Origin: the human T2T-CHM13v2.0 reference genome, Homo sapiens
DNA length: 64,000 nucleotides
Reading direction: 5' to 3' (one strand)
NCBI RefSeq assembly: GCF_009914755.1
Contig: NC_060930.1
The notes under the pieces are model-generated. The model searched no databases. It worked only from the letters and a program-made list of their open reading frames with translations, and was not told the DNA's origin. Made by a program: the position numbers and the translations under genes. Below are positions 33,192 to 48,920 of this stretch, piece by piece; the stretch's first letter is position 1; every line of letters starts with the position of its first letter.

Positions 33192-34090
33192 GATAGGAAA
33201 CACCTCCCCATAGATGATCAGATTACTAGTTACCATTTATGTTAGAGGAAAAAAAATCAACAAATAAGTTCATTTATCAACAGGTTTCTGAAAGGCAATT
33301 GTGATAGTCATAGGTCTTAGGAGTTGCAAGCAGCTCTACAGTAAATTAACTCAGAGAAACAGCTTGCTCAATGCAAATTTTTTTTTGGTGTTCTGGAGAA
33401 AGAAATACTAGCAAAAGAAAGAGAAACATGGAAAAGAATCCTCACACATCCTACCCTTAGCTTTTTTCTACCTACTGTTTAGTATAAATACATCATTTGT
33501 ATGTCTCCAATTGTAATCAAGGGAGTTGTATAATATAAAAAACCAGAATCAAAACTTTATTCCACCTACTCCAATGTTATGTCCTGGAATTCCCAGGCAT
33601 CTGAGATGAGGGTGCTTCCTATTTGTTCCCATCTCCTAATCTGAGGTATAGAAGTAGCTGCGTCTCAACTATATGGTAAACATCGTATGATGGATCCCAA
33701 AGTCACAGAGATGTTTCCAAAAGAACGTTGCCTAGAGATGCAAATTATTTAATTAGCAAATTGACCCTAACATGTCTTGGTCTTTCAAACAAAAATACTT
33801 CTGGGTAAGAGCATGAGGGATTTGTGAGGCATTTGCCAAGTCTGTCTCTCAGATAGCTCTGTATGGCCTCCTTGCAAACACATGCCCACTGTTTTGCTTG
33901 ACAAGTTCTTTGGACTGATTTCTCTCCAAATAATAAGCATACTTTCCAATGTTTAATAAAAGGCTTTGTAAAGCCAACATTTTATGCATATTTTGATCAT
34001 TGACATTATATAACCTGTTTTGGGGACACATCTCATGGGTGATTTTTATGATGGAATGATAAGCTATGTGACCAACAAAAAATACCTGCA

Positions 34091-34388
34091 GGCCAGGCAT
34101 GGTGGTTGGCGCCTGTAATCCCACACTTTGGGTGGTCAACGCGAGAGGATTGCTTGAGCCCAGCCTAGGCAACATGACAAGACCCCATCTCTACAGAAAA
34201 ATCTAAAAATTAGCCAGTTGTGTTGGCGTTTGCCTGTGGTCCCAGCTACTCAGGAGGCTGAATCAGGAGGATTGCTTAAGCCTGGGAAGTCGAGACTGCA
34301 GTGAGCTATGTTCACACCACGACATTCCAGTCTGGGCAACACAGTGGGTCCCTGTCTCAAAAACAAAAACAACAACAACAACAACAAA
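34091..34388 (+). mobile_element. Alu (AluJ-like)
   Basis: Diverged Alu with (AAC)n tail. Confidence 0.9.
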
Positions 34389-34609
34389 TCTTCAAGTACA
34401 CAAAGATTATGTCAACATATACATGTGTATCTTCTCTCAGTTTGATATATAATAGCCAAGCTATATTTTAAAAGAACCTAACATGTATTTCTAAATCAAA
34501 AACACAGTCCATGCAATTCAGTGTTTGGTCTCAAATGGTTGTACTGGAGAAGGTTGTATTGGAGCCTGAGAGCTTGGCTTGAAGTCTGAAGTTATCTCCA
34601 TTACACTAC

Positions 34610-35358
<749 letters not shown>

Positions 35359-36032
35359 TACAACTGGAACCCAAAGTGCATTGATAGTATTTCATGCTTG
35401 ACACTTACTTGTTTAATAACAGCTCAACCCTAAATTAGGAGAACATGAAGAGGAAAAAGCCAGAGAAATAATTTGGAATTATGCCACAGATTTAACACAC
35501 AGTTCACTGAACATAGTAAAACTTTCCCATGGAGGAACATAGGCCATGTGTATACAAGTGCAGTTAAATCAAACAGAATTACATTTTTTGGTCCTGGTTG
35601 ATCCACTGCTGCTTATCTACAAAGCCACAGGATGGCAATAGAGAAATTCCTGTTGTGTAACTATTGTCCAAATGGTTTTATGGAAAAAAAAATGTGGCCA
35701 AATGTTTTGGTTCTAGTCCAATTTGCCTGTGATCTGGGCACATTTATGCATTAGGATAGCCCGTATTCATGATGGCTGCAAGTACGTACACCTTTCACTA
35801 CCTGACTCTATCTTTTTAGCCTCAGCTCCCACACTACTATAACTCTTCCCCCCTTCCAGACTAGGACCTTTTAAAAAAAATAAAAATTGAAGCAAATAAT
35901 CACTGGATACCTACTATGCACTAGAAGCTGTCCTATGTCCTAGAGTTATAAGAGGGATGGAAACAGATCACTTCTCCATAGAACTTACATTCTAATGAAG
36001 GAACACTGTTACTAGACAAGTAAAGGCATAGT

Positions 36033-36452
36033 GTGTATGGCAGGGATGACCTTCTGTGCACCAAATTTCCAGAGTGGAGTTGTCCCTGGCAGGCAGTAGC
36101 CCAGACAGGGACTGCATTTTCCAGCTTCCACTGCAACCAGTTGTGTCCATATGACAAATTCTTACCAATGCAATGTGAGTAGAAGTGATATGTGTCACTT
36201 ACAGGACAGGCTTTTTTAAGAGCTTGATGTGCCTCCTCCACTTACTATTCTTTCCTTGGTTTCTGCTAGACACAGAGGACTCTGAAGCCCTGAAGGCAGA
36301 GCCTCAAGATGGAAGGATCTGAGTGTCTGAATCCCAGGGGAAGGAAAACCAACCCCAATTAGGAACATTAGCATTTAAAATACATACAATGTATTCAACT
36401 GCAGAAATGTTGGAGCTGATGTTTACAGGTTCTACCACTAACCTAACTAATA
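36033..36452 (+). mobile_element. MLT1 (I/J-like) LTR
   Basis: GACTGCATTTTCCAGCTTCC, CCAATGCAATGTGAGTAGAAGTGATATGTG; ends CTAACTAATATA. Confidence 0.7.
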
Positions 36453-36926
36453 TAGTATGTCACATAGCCATAGGCACTATGGAGAAAAATAACACATAGA
36501 TGAGTAATGACAAATCTGATGGGTGGGGAGAGCTGCTAATCTAAACAAAGTGGTCAAAGAAGACCTCACTGATCCAATGACATGAGCAGAGACTGGAAGG
36601 AAGTGAGGAAGCAGGCCAAGTGAAAACTGTTGGGTAAAACTTTGCAGAAAGAAGGAACAGTGAACCTGTGGGTCCTGAGAAGGAAACATGCCTGCTATGT
36701 CTAAGGAACATCAAAGAGGCCAGGACGCCTGGAGTGCAGTGAACAATGAGATGGCTTATAGGAGATGAGGTCAGAGAGCAAACAGGTGTCTCATCTCCCA
36801 GTGCCTTCTAGGCCATCGTAAGATCTCTGGATGTTATTCTGAATGAGATGGAATGTTGGTGGGGGATTTTGAGCAGAAGAATGACAACATATTCCTATTT
36901 ACCTTATAAGAAGATTACTGTTGATA

Positions 36927-37346
<420 letters not shown>

Positions 37347-39039
37347 CTAGGGTGTTGGCAATAGAGATGACAAAAATGGTCAGATTTGGGGCATTTATTG
37401 AGTATGAAGATGACAGGGTTTGGTGATGGATTAGATGTGAGGGTGGGAAAATGTGAAGAACAGGCTTGAAGGTAAATGATAAGCAGTTCTAAGTTTGAGG
37501 TACCTTTCAGAGATCCAAATGGAAACATCAGGTAGACAGATTTTTGAGCCTAGAGTTCAGTGAAGAGATCCAGGCTAGAAAAGAAAGCAGGGAAAAGGAA
37601 GTAATCAGTGTATTATGATATTTAAATCTATGAGACTAGGTAAGATCATCTAAGAAATAAATACACATACAGAAAGGACAGGTCCAGGGACTAAGCCCTG
37701 AGACCCTCTGTTATCATTTGGAGGCTGGTGAGAAGAGGATAGAGCAAAGGAGACTGAGGAAGAGGAGCCCATGAAAAAGAAGAAACATTCGGAGAATTTT
37801 GGTCTCCGACGGAAATAAAGAAAGTGTTTCAAGGAAGGAGAATGATCAATTATATCGAATATTGTTAATAGGTAAGTAAAATGAAGATTGGATTTCCTGT
37901 GGGATTTAACAACATACAGGTCTTGGTTAGTGAAAAGAAAAATTTCAGGGAAGTGATTGGGGAAGTAACTGATTAGAATAGGTTTAAGAAAGAATGGAAA
38001 TAAGCTCAACTAAAACTGACAACGACACATCTTTAGTGAAGTTTTGCTATAACTGGGAGTAAGGTAACAAGGATGTCTCTAGGTATGTGGGGTCAAGAGA
38101 GAGTTGATTTTTTTTTTAAGATAGGAGATATTGCAATATATTTCAGGTTGATGGAAATAATTTCATAGAGGGGGAAATTAATGATGGAGGAAAGGACCAG
38201 AAAAAGACTACTGGAGCCATGTCCTTGAAGAGGGGAAAGACAATATGCACAGGTAAAGAAGATGGTTTTTGATAGGAGCAGGGAGAGCTCATGCGTAGCA
38301 GTGGGAGGGAACGTAGAGTCTATGGGCTCAGATGCAGGCTTGTGGAAAGATGCAGTGTGAGACAGTGTGGAGTCTCTTGCGGCTGCTTCTATTTTCTCAT
38401 TGACCTCAGAGGCTAAGCTGTCATCTGAGAGTGAGGGTGCCGATCTTGGTGTTTTGAGGAGAGAGTAGAAAGTGTAGAATGGTTTAGGAGCATGGGGAAA
38501 TGAATGGACTAGGAAAGTGTTGTAGGATGGCCTGGCTGCCCTGAGAGCTCCCTTGCATCTAGTGGTCCCAAATAAGACCAGAGCACATGGATATGTCCCC
38601 TTGTCCAACCAAAGGCAGCTGCTCAAGCATAAGGCAGAGTAGACAGGCTGCAGCAAATCAGAGTTGAGGGTTATTGAGTCTTTAAGATAAAGTTAGAGAC
38701 GGGTGAGGACATTGAGGGTCTTTACCAGAAAATGATGTTAATGATGACTCATGGGATTTAATTTGGGCAACTAAGGTTACAAAGGAAGTGAGACACAGTG
38801 AGAGGCTGGAGGGTTTGAGGAATTCCTGGCCCTGATATGATAAAATAATTATTCAAGTCAAGGTACTAGAGGCCATAATCTGGAAGCATGTGATCTGGGC
38901 TGGAGGGTGGGTGGACTGGCAGTGAGGCAGCCACATCAGATGACTGACCATTCCCTGAAGCTCAAGGCATTTCAAACTTACTTTGAAATTTACTCTTGCT
39001 ATTCCTTTCATTGGGATAATTTTGAATCTCTTTTTTGGT

Positions 39040-40002
39040 TCTTACTCATTCCTCAAGGCCTAGGTCAGATGATACCTCCTCAGGCAGCCTCCCCTGATCC
39101 TCCAAATCAAAATTAATTGCCTTCTCTACTGTGCTCACATAATGTGTCTTACTCACTTTTAATATGAAGCTCATCACACTGTATCATCATCTGTTTACTA
39201 GTCCTGCTCTCCACAGCTCACGATTTTGAAGAGGACAAGAGAACATTCCGCTCACCTCCTGGCACATTCCCAGTGCATGGCCAAGAGGCTGGCTCACAGC
39301 TGACTCATCACCACCCCCTCCCCAGGGGCTGTAGCCTCTACTGCCCTCCTTTAATCCATTTTCCAGACTGCAGTGAAAGTGATTTCCTGAAAAGTATAAA
39401 TTAGATCATGTTATCCCTCTGCGTTGAACCCTTAATAGACTTTCCAATTGCTCTTCCGATGAAGACCAAATTCTTTCCATGGGATACGTTGCCCTGCAGG
39501 ATTCGGCTTGCATTTGCCTCTCTGGCTTCACTGCGCACCAGTCTCCCTCCGCGCCTTCCTCTCCAGCTACCCTAGCCTCCTAGGACTTCCAAAGTGCAGT
39601 GTTTTCCCTGAAACCAGGTCTTGTCGAGTGTCCTCCCTGCAATCAGAGTCTTCTCAAGTGCATTTCCCTCAGTCTGGTGCTCTTCTTCCTCTTCAGATAG
39701 CAAATCAGATACCACCTCCTCAGGGATGCTTTCACTGAGCCCCACGCTGGGTGCAGACGCCTTATTACACACGCGTGAAGGACCCTAACCTTTGTCACAC
39801 CGCTTAGTAGCACGCATAATTACATGGATCACATGTGTGGTTGTTTAGATTCATGCTTGCTCCCATGCTAGTCTGGGAGCCCCGTGAGGACAATGACCAC
39901 AGGGCTTTTGGTCTTTACTGAATTCCCAGCACCCAACGCAGTGCCTGACTCATGAAAGCACTTCATAAATATTTCCTCACTGAACGTATTAAATTAATAA
40001 AT
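39040..40002 (+). mobile_element. L2 3' fragments (two adjacent copies)
   Basis: TAGATCATGTTATCCCTCTGC, CAGTGCCTGACTCATGAAAGCACTTCATAAATATTT. Confidence 0.75.
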
Positions 40003-40102
40003 AGACGGGTCTAATGTTTTACTTAATATTCATAAAATATAACAAATTTGGTTCCCCAAGTACTTATAGTTCCTGTACCAAAATAGAATGCAATCAAATC
40101 CA

Positions 40103-40129
40103 TCACACATCACACTCACACACACACAC
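40103..40129. repeat. Imperfect (CA)n microsatellite
   Basis: TCACACATCACACTCACACACACACAC. Confidence 0.7.
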
Positions 40130-40344
40130 CAGGTTTAATGAGTTTTCACACAAGTCTTTAAAAAATATAACCAGACATGTCACACTGTGATTTGTAACTT
40201 ACAAGCTAGGCCTAATTATTAAAATGAAGATGACGTCTATGTGGCTAAACCAAGTGCCATCCCCACGTGAATGTGAGTTATCAGGAAACCTAGTTGCTCC
40301 ACATATTTCAGAGCACACCTCAGGGCCCGAATCAATGCTCATTT

Positions 40345-40647
40345 GGCTGGGTGCGGTGGCTCATGCCTGAAATCCCAGTACTTTGGGAGGCCGAGGCAGG
40401 CAGATCACCTGAGGTCAGGATGTCGAGACCAGCCTGGCCAATATGGTGAAACCTCGTCTCTACTAAAAAGACAAAGATTAGCTGGGCATAGTGGCAGGCG
40501 CCTGTAATCCTAGCTACTTGGGAGGCTGAGGCAGGAGAATCGCTTGAGCCCAGGATGTAGGGGTTGCAGTAAGCTGAGATCACATCATTGCAGCACTCCA
40601 GCCTGGGCGACAGAGCGAGACTCCGTCCCCAGAAAAAAAAAAAAAAA
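40345..40647 (+). mobile_element. Alu (AluSx)
   Basis: Full length; TSD AATGC(T/C)CATT. Confidence 0.95.
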
Positions 40648-41053
40648 TGCCCATTAGAGTTCCTCAACATAAAAGATGGCCAATATAATCAAAGGCAAGT
40701 CTATGTTTTGGGAGTGGATTCAATGAACAGTCATTCCCTAAGCCTGTCCCATAAAGTGGAAAGTGGGCTCTACTTGTCACTTTCCATATCTTAACAGAAT
40801 TTTCCAGACTATAAACACTAGCATGGTAAGAAAAAATATATCGTCTCATTAGGGAAAATACCCATTTGCTCACTTTCTCTCTCCTATATACCAGAAGTGT
40901 AAATAATAGGCATATATAAGTGTGCAAAATAGGCAAAATAATAGTCATATATAACAATATATTTATATTTCAATTTTTAGTTGTTTTTTAATCAAGAAAT
41001 GCAATAAGAATACAGAAATCCCATAAATTGTTTTCCCATTTAAAAATAATTCT

Positions 41054-41332
41054 GGCCAGGTGCAGTGGCTCACATCTGTAATCCCAGCACTTTGGGAGGC
41101 TGAAGCGGGTGGATCACGAGGTCAGGAGTTCAAGACCAGCCTGGCCAAGATGGTGAAACCCCGTCTCTACTAAAAATGCAAAAAATTAGCCAGGCATGGC
41201 GGCACACGCCTGTAATCCCAGCTACTCAGGAGGCTGAGGCAGAGATTTGCTTGAACTCGGGAGGCAGAGGTTGCAGTGAGCCGAGATCGCACCACTGTAC
41301 TCCAGCCTGGGCGACAGAGTGAGACTCCATCT

Positions 41333-41368
<36 letters not shown>
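41054..41368 (+). mobile_element. Alu (AluSg-like)
   Basis: Full length, long poly(A). Confidence 0.95.
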
Positions 41369-41371
<3 letters not shown>

Positions 41372-44300
41372 TACCAACTACTTTGAAGAAATGTTTTAAC
41401 TTTCATAATAGAAATTGTTAAACAAAAGTAAAGATAGCCTAATGAACCTCCTTCACCTGCCACCAGGCTTCAGTAATTGTCAACATTCTGCCAGTATTCT
41501 TTTCTCAGAAGAAATTTAAGAAGGGTGGAACCACAGGTCAAATTCAAGGAGTTGCTCAGCAGAGTTGCCCAAGACAATCTCCCCCCTCATTTTTCTTCAT
41601 CTCCTCCACCAGCCCTTCTCTGACCCAACCAGGGATCAACTGCTTTTTGTGAACCAGATGAACTGTGCTTTGAACCATCACCATGGCAAATAGAAGAGGG
41701 TTTCTCATAACCCTGGTTAGGACATCTCCAAAGTCATGTTACTCTCTAGCACAAGACTCGTATCAGAAGCATCTTGGGATGACTCTGACATAAATATATT
41801 CAAGATCAATTTTAGAAATTGACGTACTACTCTGAGTCTGATACAGACATCCCTGTGACTCATAATTTCTTTTTTTGCCCAGGCTGCTTTATCAATACAT
41901 GGAAAATGTAGTTCAGTCGCAGCTGCTAAAATTTACAAATATACTTCTATTTTGTGATGCTGTGTTTGAACTGATGTTGGTAATGTTACTGTTTTTATGT
42001 TCATGGGCAGTCTAATAATTTTTATATTTTGACTCATGTTAGAAATTACTCAACTCTGACTATTATCTTGATTTTTCCATCATTTTTGGTCAAGCATATT
42101 AACAATTTGGCTTGACTAAAGGAAGCTAGAAATGAATATAAGAAACACCAAGCCTTAGAGTAACTCAAGAAGGAAATAGACTTTCTGCATTGTTCCAAGG
42201 GAAAAGAGGAGACATTGGAACTTATGTTGAACTTGGTCTAGTAACCACAATAAAAGTGGTTACTCTGCTCTGAACTTGGAGTCCACAGCACCCATGGCTG
42301 GACTTTCTACCCTGAATTCAGTCCCTTAATGACTGAGCTTGCTGGCAGGCACCCAGTGTCTCAGCTGAAGATTACACCTCAGACCCTAAACTCTCCTAGC
42401 TCCCTAATTTCTCATTTTGGTTAAGTATGCCTGCAGAGACGACTTGCACTAATTCCCACTTAGACATACCCAGATTTGAGACTACATCCACTTTTCTTAA
42501 CATACACATGTCCTTACCCCCCCTTAAAAAATGCTGACCTAGTTTAAGTTGCCATCCAAAATTTTTCTTATGTAAATCCCTACTACTACACACAACTGAG
42601 CCTTTATCACCTCTTAAAGTCCTCCAGGACTTTGCAGATATAGTCCATCTCATAAACTCCTTAGTCTTAGATAACCTAAGGCTCAGAACATCCTACGTCC
42701 TAATGAGGGTATCTCCAACTTCTGCTCATTTGTTCATTCAACCACTGGTAACATGTTCAAGGCACTAGAAGCTGTTATCAACCCACATACTTACAGTCCT
42801 GTAGAGGCAGAGACTTTGACACAGAAGGATGATACCTTGAGAAGTGTTAGCTCTTTTCCACCTGACTTTCCATTAATGACATGCCATAAACCTCCTCTTG
42901 ACACCTAGCTCCAGCATGCTTCTTGCGGCTTTCTGAGTGAATCTTGGATAACATTGCTTTGCCCAGGAAGGTAACCTCACAAATAGGCTGTTCCTATTTC
43001 CACACATCTCAAATTCATCTAGTATGAAGCTTCAGAAATGACACCTGACATGGCAGATGTTCCTCTAAGCATCCCCATGGATGTCATAAACCCTCACCCC
43101 CAACCCTTCAGTCTCTCAGAGGTTCTAACACTTGCTTCATGCTAGTGAACTCAGGCATGTTCTTCATCTCTCTGAACCTCAAGAAGCAAATAACATTTTC
43201 CAGTGCACGTGGGAGAGGCAGGGGATGATGAATGAAGCAGCAGGCGCAGAGACCCCCACTGAGTGGCAGAGGTACTGTGAGGCTGCCTTTCTGACAATAA
43301 CCCAGGTCTAGTGGGACTGGAGCCCCCAACAAAAACCGAGGGCAGATCCTAGAGGAGCACCATTCTTTATCTTCTTCTCAAGATTGGGAGGGACACGCTG
43401 TTCACACTAAACTCTGCATCTGGAATTTGGGCCTAGACATGCCACAAAGCCTTCTCCTCTTTCATGGCTCTGCTTCTTTCCAGACCACAGCAGCAATTGT
43501 CTCAAGAAACTCTGGCCATCCCTGTTGAGGGACCCAGGCAACAAGGCAAGTTTCTGGTTTTTTGGAGCTTCCAAGCCCTCGCTGAAACCATCTCTACCAC
43601 CTTAAAAGCTTTAGCTGGCACGCTTAGGAAAGTCTTACGAAGTACATAGAGATTTCTTGGATCATTTTCAATTACTAAAGGAAGGTACCAATTGTTAAAG
43701 AAAACAAAAAATTACCCACAATGACTGTGAAGTCTTTTTATTCCCCACTCTAGGTAATTTGTTCTGATTACCACCGTTCCAAAAGACAAGATTACACACC
43801 AGTGAAGCAAAGAGATAAAAGGGGGAAATCTGTTCCCTGCTGAGGCCGTATCAGAGCTCAACCCGTGTTTGGAAGCAAAGGCAATTTTTTTTTCAGCCCT
43901 AATGAAGCCTTGTTAACTATGAACCCTGGGGCTGAACTGATCTAGTGAGAGGAGTTATTTGGTGGGTGGTGGAGGGGGTTTAACAGCGGATTGGTACATT
44001 CAGAGATTATTATCATTCTTATCTTTCTTCTTAAAGCAAAAGAACTTAAATATGTACTAAAAACTGTTCTCACTGGGGTATAGAAAGGAATTGGAAGAAC
44101 AAAATTGAAGTCCATCATCTCCTTCAGACAGAAATATATATGACCCACATTTGTAAGAGACAGACTACGCCTTGCTTCTTTCTCCCCCCTATGTTGCCAG
44201 TTCTCTTTGTCAGCAACTCTCTTGTCCTACTGGGATAACGTTTTAACTGTGGTACATAGGTTAGAAGCACACTATTTGTTTACAAGGGGATAAATGGTTG

Positions 44301-45281
44301 TTGCAATTACCGTAAAAAGCAGCAAACAAATGACCTTCAGGACTTGCCAGGAAAAGCAGTGGGTCTTTCTATGTGTTGAAACAATCTGGGCTCCACTGAT
44401 GGTAAACACGAGGCAGAGACATGGATCTGGATGTGTCCTCTGGGGAGGGGGCAGGGATTGACACAGTTACAGAATTTGATCCACCCCATATTCTTCCCTT
44501 GGAGTTTAATTTCCATATAACTGAAAACATCTGAAGCAAACAGAGAGAAGCACTGCTGGACAGACCCATATCACAAGAGTAGGCAAAAAAAAAAAAAAAA
44601 AAAAGGAGCTCAAACACAACAGCTAGGTGTTTGATGTCATTCAATGATTCAGTTATGACTTAAGCGAGCTTCGGAAGTCGTGCGTCAAATGATAACCTGC
44701 ATGAGAGAACTCAGTATAGAGCTGGCCTCAAGCACAAGGACATAGTTCTACAACTACAGACCCTAAAAAAAATTCATCATGGAAAAAAAAATAATAGAAT
44801 TTTTCCCCTGGAGAAGCTTATGTTTAGATATTAGATACGTAAAAGACTGAACTATTTGTATAACCTCTAAGATTCTTTCCAGCTCTACAATTCACTGCAT
44901 ACATAAATGGGAAATGTTTAGGCCCAGGAGGCATACCAATGTGTACAAGTATACTGTTATTCATTTGATTCTTGCCCCGTATGCTTTACAGAGTCTAATT
45001 ATCTAAATGAGATTTGGTTAAATAAAAATTGATATTTCTGTATGACAAGTATATATTTACATAAAAGGCAATACATATCCCCACAGTTTTCATTAAAATG
45101 GAAAAATAAAACGTATTTTAAAAAGTAATTGGAGAAGTTTTAGAAAGCACCTGGTTGAGGATTTCTTTGTTTTACAAATGAGGAATCTCAGGGAATCTTG
45201 GAGGTCTGTTCCTTCCAGGCCTCATTCCAGGGAGGGGCAGATTTGGAACTAGAGCCCAGGCCTCCAGGCTCTCACGCCTCT

Positions 45282-45302
45282 GTGGTCCGTGGTCCGTGGT
45301 CC
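45282..45302. repeat. (GTGGTCC)3 tandem repeat
   Basis: GTGGTCCGTGGTCCGTGGTCC. Confidence 0.9.
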
Positions 45303-45879
45303 GGGGCTTAGGTTGGCCGGTAGGGGTAGGGTAATAAATCTCATTCGCCAAATGAGGAAACAGCGTCATCTAGTGGAAATTTATCAGCGTATTCTAGACA
45401 TGCTGTTATCCCTAGCTCTGCTGTCCCTAATTTCCCAAGACAACATTTCTGGACCATTTTCTCTCCCCCATGTTTCCAAAGCCCAAGAATCTCCCAGTGG
45501 GGCCCCCTCCTACAACCTCCTCACCCCACAGCATATTTCAGTCTCTTCTCTGCCAAACTTTCCAACATAGCCCCAGGAATCAATCATTTGCCTCAAGGGC
45601 CACCGGGGCTGTTGTCCTTTGAGTGTTTTTTGTTTCAAGTTTTCATCAAAATAACCCTGTTAACCACGGCTTCAGGCCTTTACCAAATGGTGTGGCAAAT
45701 CAATTCCATCATTTATGAAGATCCAGATAGATACTGCTTTTCATTCAGCCACACTGAGATGATCCTTGTTTTTCCCCTGCTACCATCAAGTTAGGACACT
45801 TTGGTTGCTTTTGAAATAATTCATCAGGGAATTTCCCAGGACAGTTCTGTGACCAAGCATGTGGACAAGCTTCAGTCAA

Positions 45880-46200
45880 AACTTAGGAGGTATTAAATAG
45901 AAAACAAAACATGTAACAAGTAATTATCCCATATGATAAATGTTCCATTATGAGAAAGCACAAAGGGAAGGGGGAAATTCATTCTGCTGAGGTTAGAAAA
46001 AGCTGCATGCAAGAGGAAACACTAGATCTGAGTTTTGAAGGAGATAGATGGGCCTTTGATTTCTAAAGAAATGGGTGTGGTATGCTAGGCAGGGGGAACA
46101 GCAGAAGCAAAGGTCAGGAGTCCTGAGAGTACAGCATGTGATAAAGGATCAGGGCCCAAGAAGATGGGTGGGAAGTGATGTGGAAGGCAGTTCAGGACTG
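45880..46200 (-). mobile_element. L2 fragment
   Basis: GAGGAAACACTAGATCTGAGTTTTGAAGG, GGGAACAGCAGAAGCAAAGG. Confidence 0.6.
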
Positions 46201-46218
46201 GAACAGAAAGATGCTTAG

Positions 46219-46531
<313 letters not shown>

Positions 46532-47292
46532 GAAAACTTGGATTTTAGATGCAATTAGACACTATCAAATTATGGGCCACAGCAAAAAAACTGTGTTTGA
46601 AGTCTCCAGGTAATAAAGTACTTTATTCATCCCAGCTGTTTTGAAGCTACTTTCTACATAAAATGGTTCCCTTATTTCATGGCTTGTGAAACAGGCTCTG
46701 AAAATGAATTATTTGTCAATGCAGGGACAGGAACTCAGATCTGTTGGCTCCCAGTCCATTTCTTCATAGTAAAGAGCTAAGAGCATGAAATGCTTATTAG
46801 AATAATTAAAAATTTTTAAATTAGAAAATCTTGTAGGTCTTCCTCTGATTTTTGTTCCTGTATAAATCCTCTAAAAGTATTAAATATATGTAATTGTCTT
46901 TTAATCATATCCCCCCATCCAATCCGAGTCTGCTATATAAATGAGAAAATAATCCAATAGGCAATCTATTTGAAAGCACTAATACGAGAAACAGAAAATT
47001 TTCAGACTAAAAGAGATGATAAAAGAGGCAAATGTAAACCACCATGGACTGAAGAATACAACATGAGAGAAGCAAAAGCTTTGTAAAGATTTCTAGGAAA
47101 TTCTGATTCCATTGGTTTCATGAGGACATCAATCACACTGATGTTGTTACCGAAACACCAAGGGTTCAGTCTAGGTCCTGCTGCTGGCTGCACAGAAAAC
47201 CAATCACTGAGATGATGACATGCCAAGGAAGAAGGCTTTAATTGGGTGCTACATCCTAGAAGATGGGGGCTCAGTCTCAAATCCATTTCCCT

Positions 47293-47620
<328 letters not shown>

Positions 47621-47778
47621 TTATATAGCAGGGAGAAAAATGTAACAATGTGTAAGAAAACAGGAACTAGGGAGGGGCAAAGAAGAAATCATGACGAATG
47701 AGGGGTCAGGCATCTCATTGTCTGGATCTGGTGACTTCGTGAATTTCAGTCCTTTGATACTTTTTTTGAGAGGTATGA

Positions 47779-48213
<435 letters not shown>

Positions 48214-48307
48214 AGGGTCGGTTTTGATGTCAGAAAAGGATAGTACGTAGATGTCATTAAAAGACAATCATGGCAACCAACTCTAACTTGGTTATTTAGA
48301 GGCCAGC

Positions 48308-48610
48308 ATTTCTTTCTTTCTTTCTTTCTTTTTTGAGATGGAATCTCGCTCTGTCTCCAGGCTGGAGTGCAGTGGTGCGATCTTGGCTCACTACAACCTC
48401 TGCCTCTGGGTTCAAGTGATTCTCCTGCCTCAGCCTCCCGAGTAGCTGGGACTACAGGTGTGCCACCACACCCAGCTAATTGTTGTATTTTTAGTAGAGA
48501 CAGGGTTTCACCATGTTGGCCAGGATGGTCTCAATCTCTTGACCTCATGATCCACCCACCTCAGCCACCTGAAGTGCTGGGATTATAGGCATGAGCCACC
48601 GCGCCCGGTC
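48308..48610 (-). mobile_element. Alu (AluSc-like)
   Basis: TSD CAGCATTTCTTT. Confidence 0.95.
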
Positions 48611-48635
48611 AGCATTTCTTTGTAAGAGCTTTCTA

Positions 48636-48920
<285 letters not shown>

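Noticed and set aside
38093-38656. 187-aa ORF
   Set aside because: Lies in decayed L2 sequence; no ATG start or gene context.
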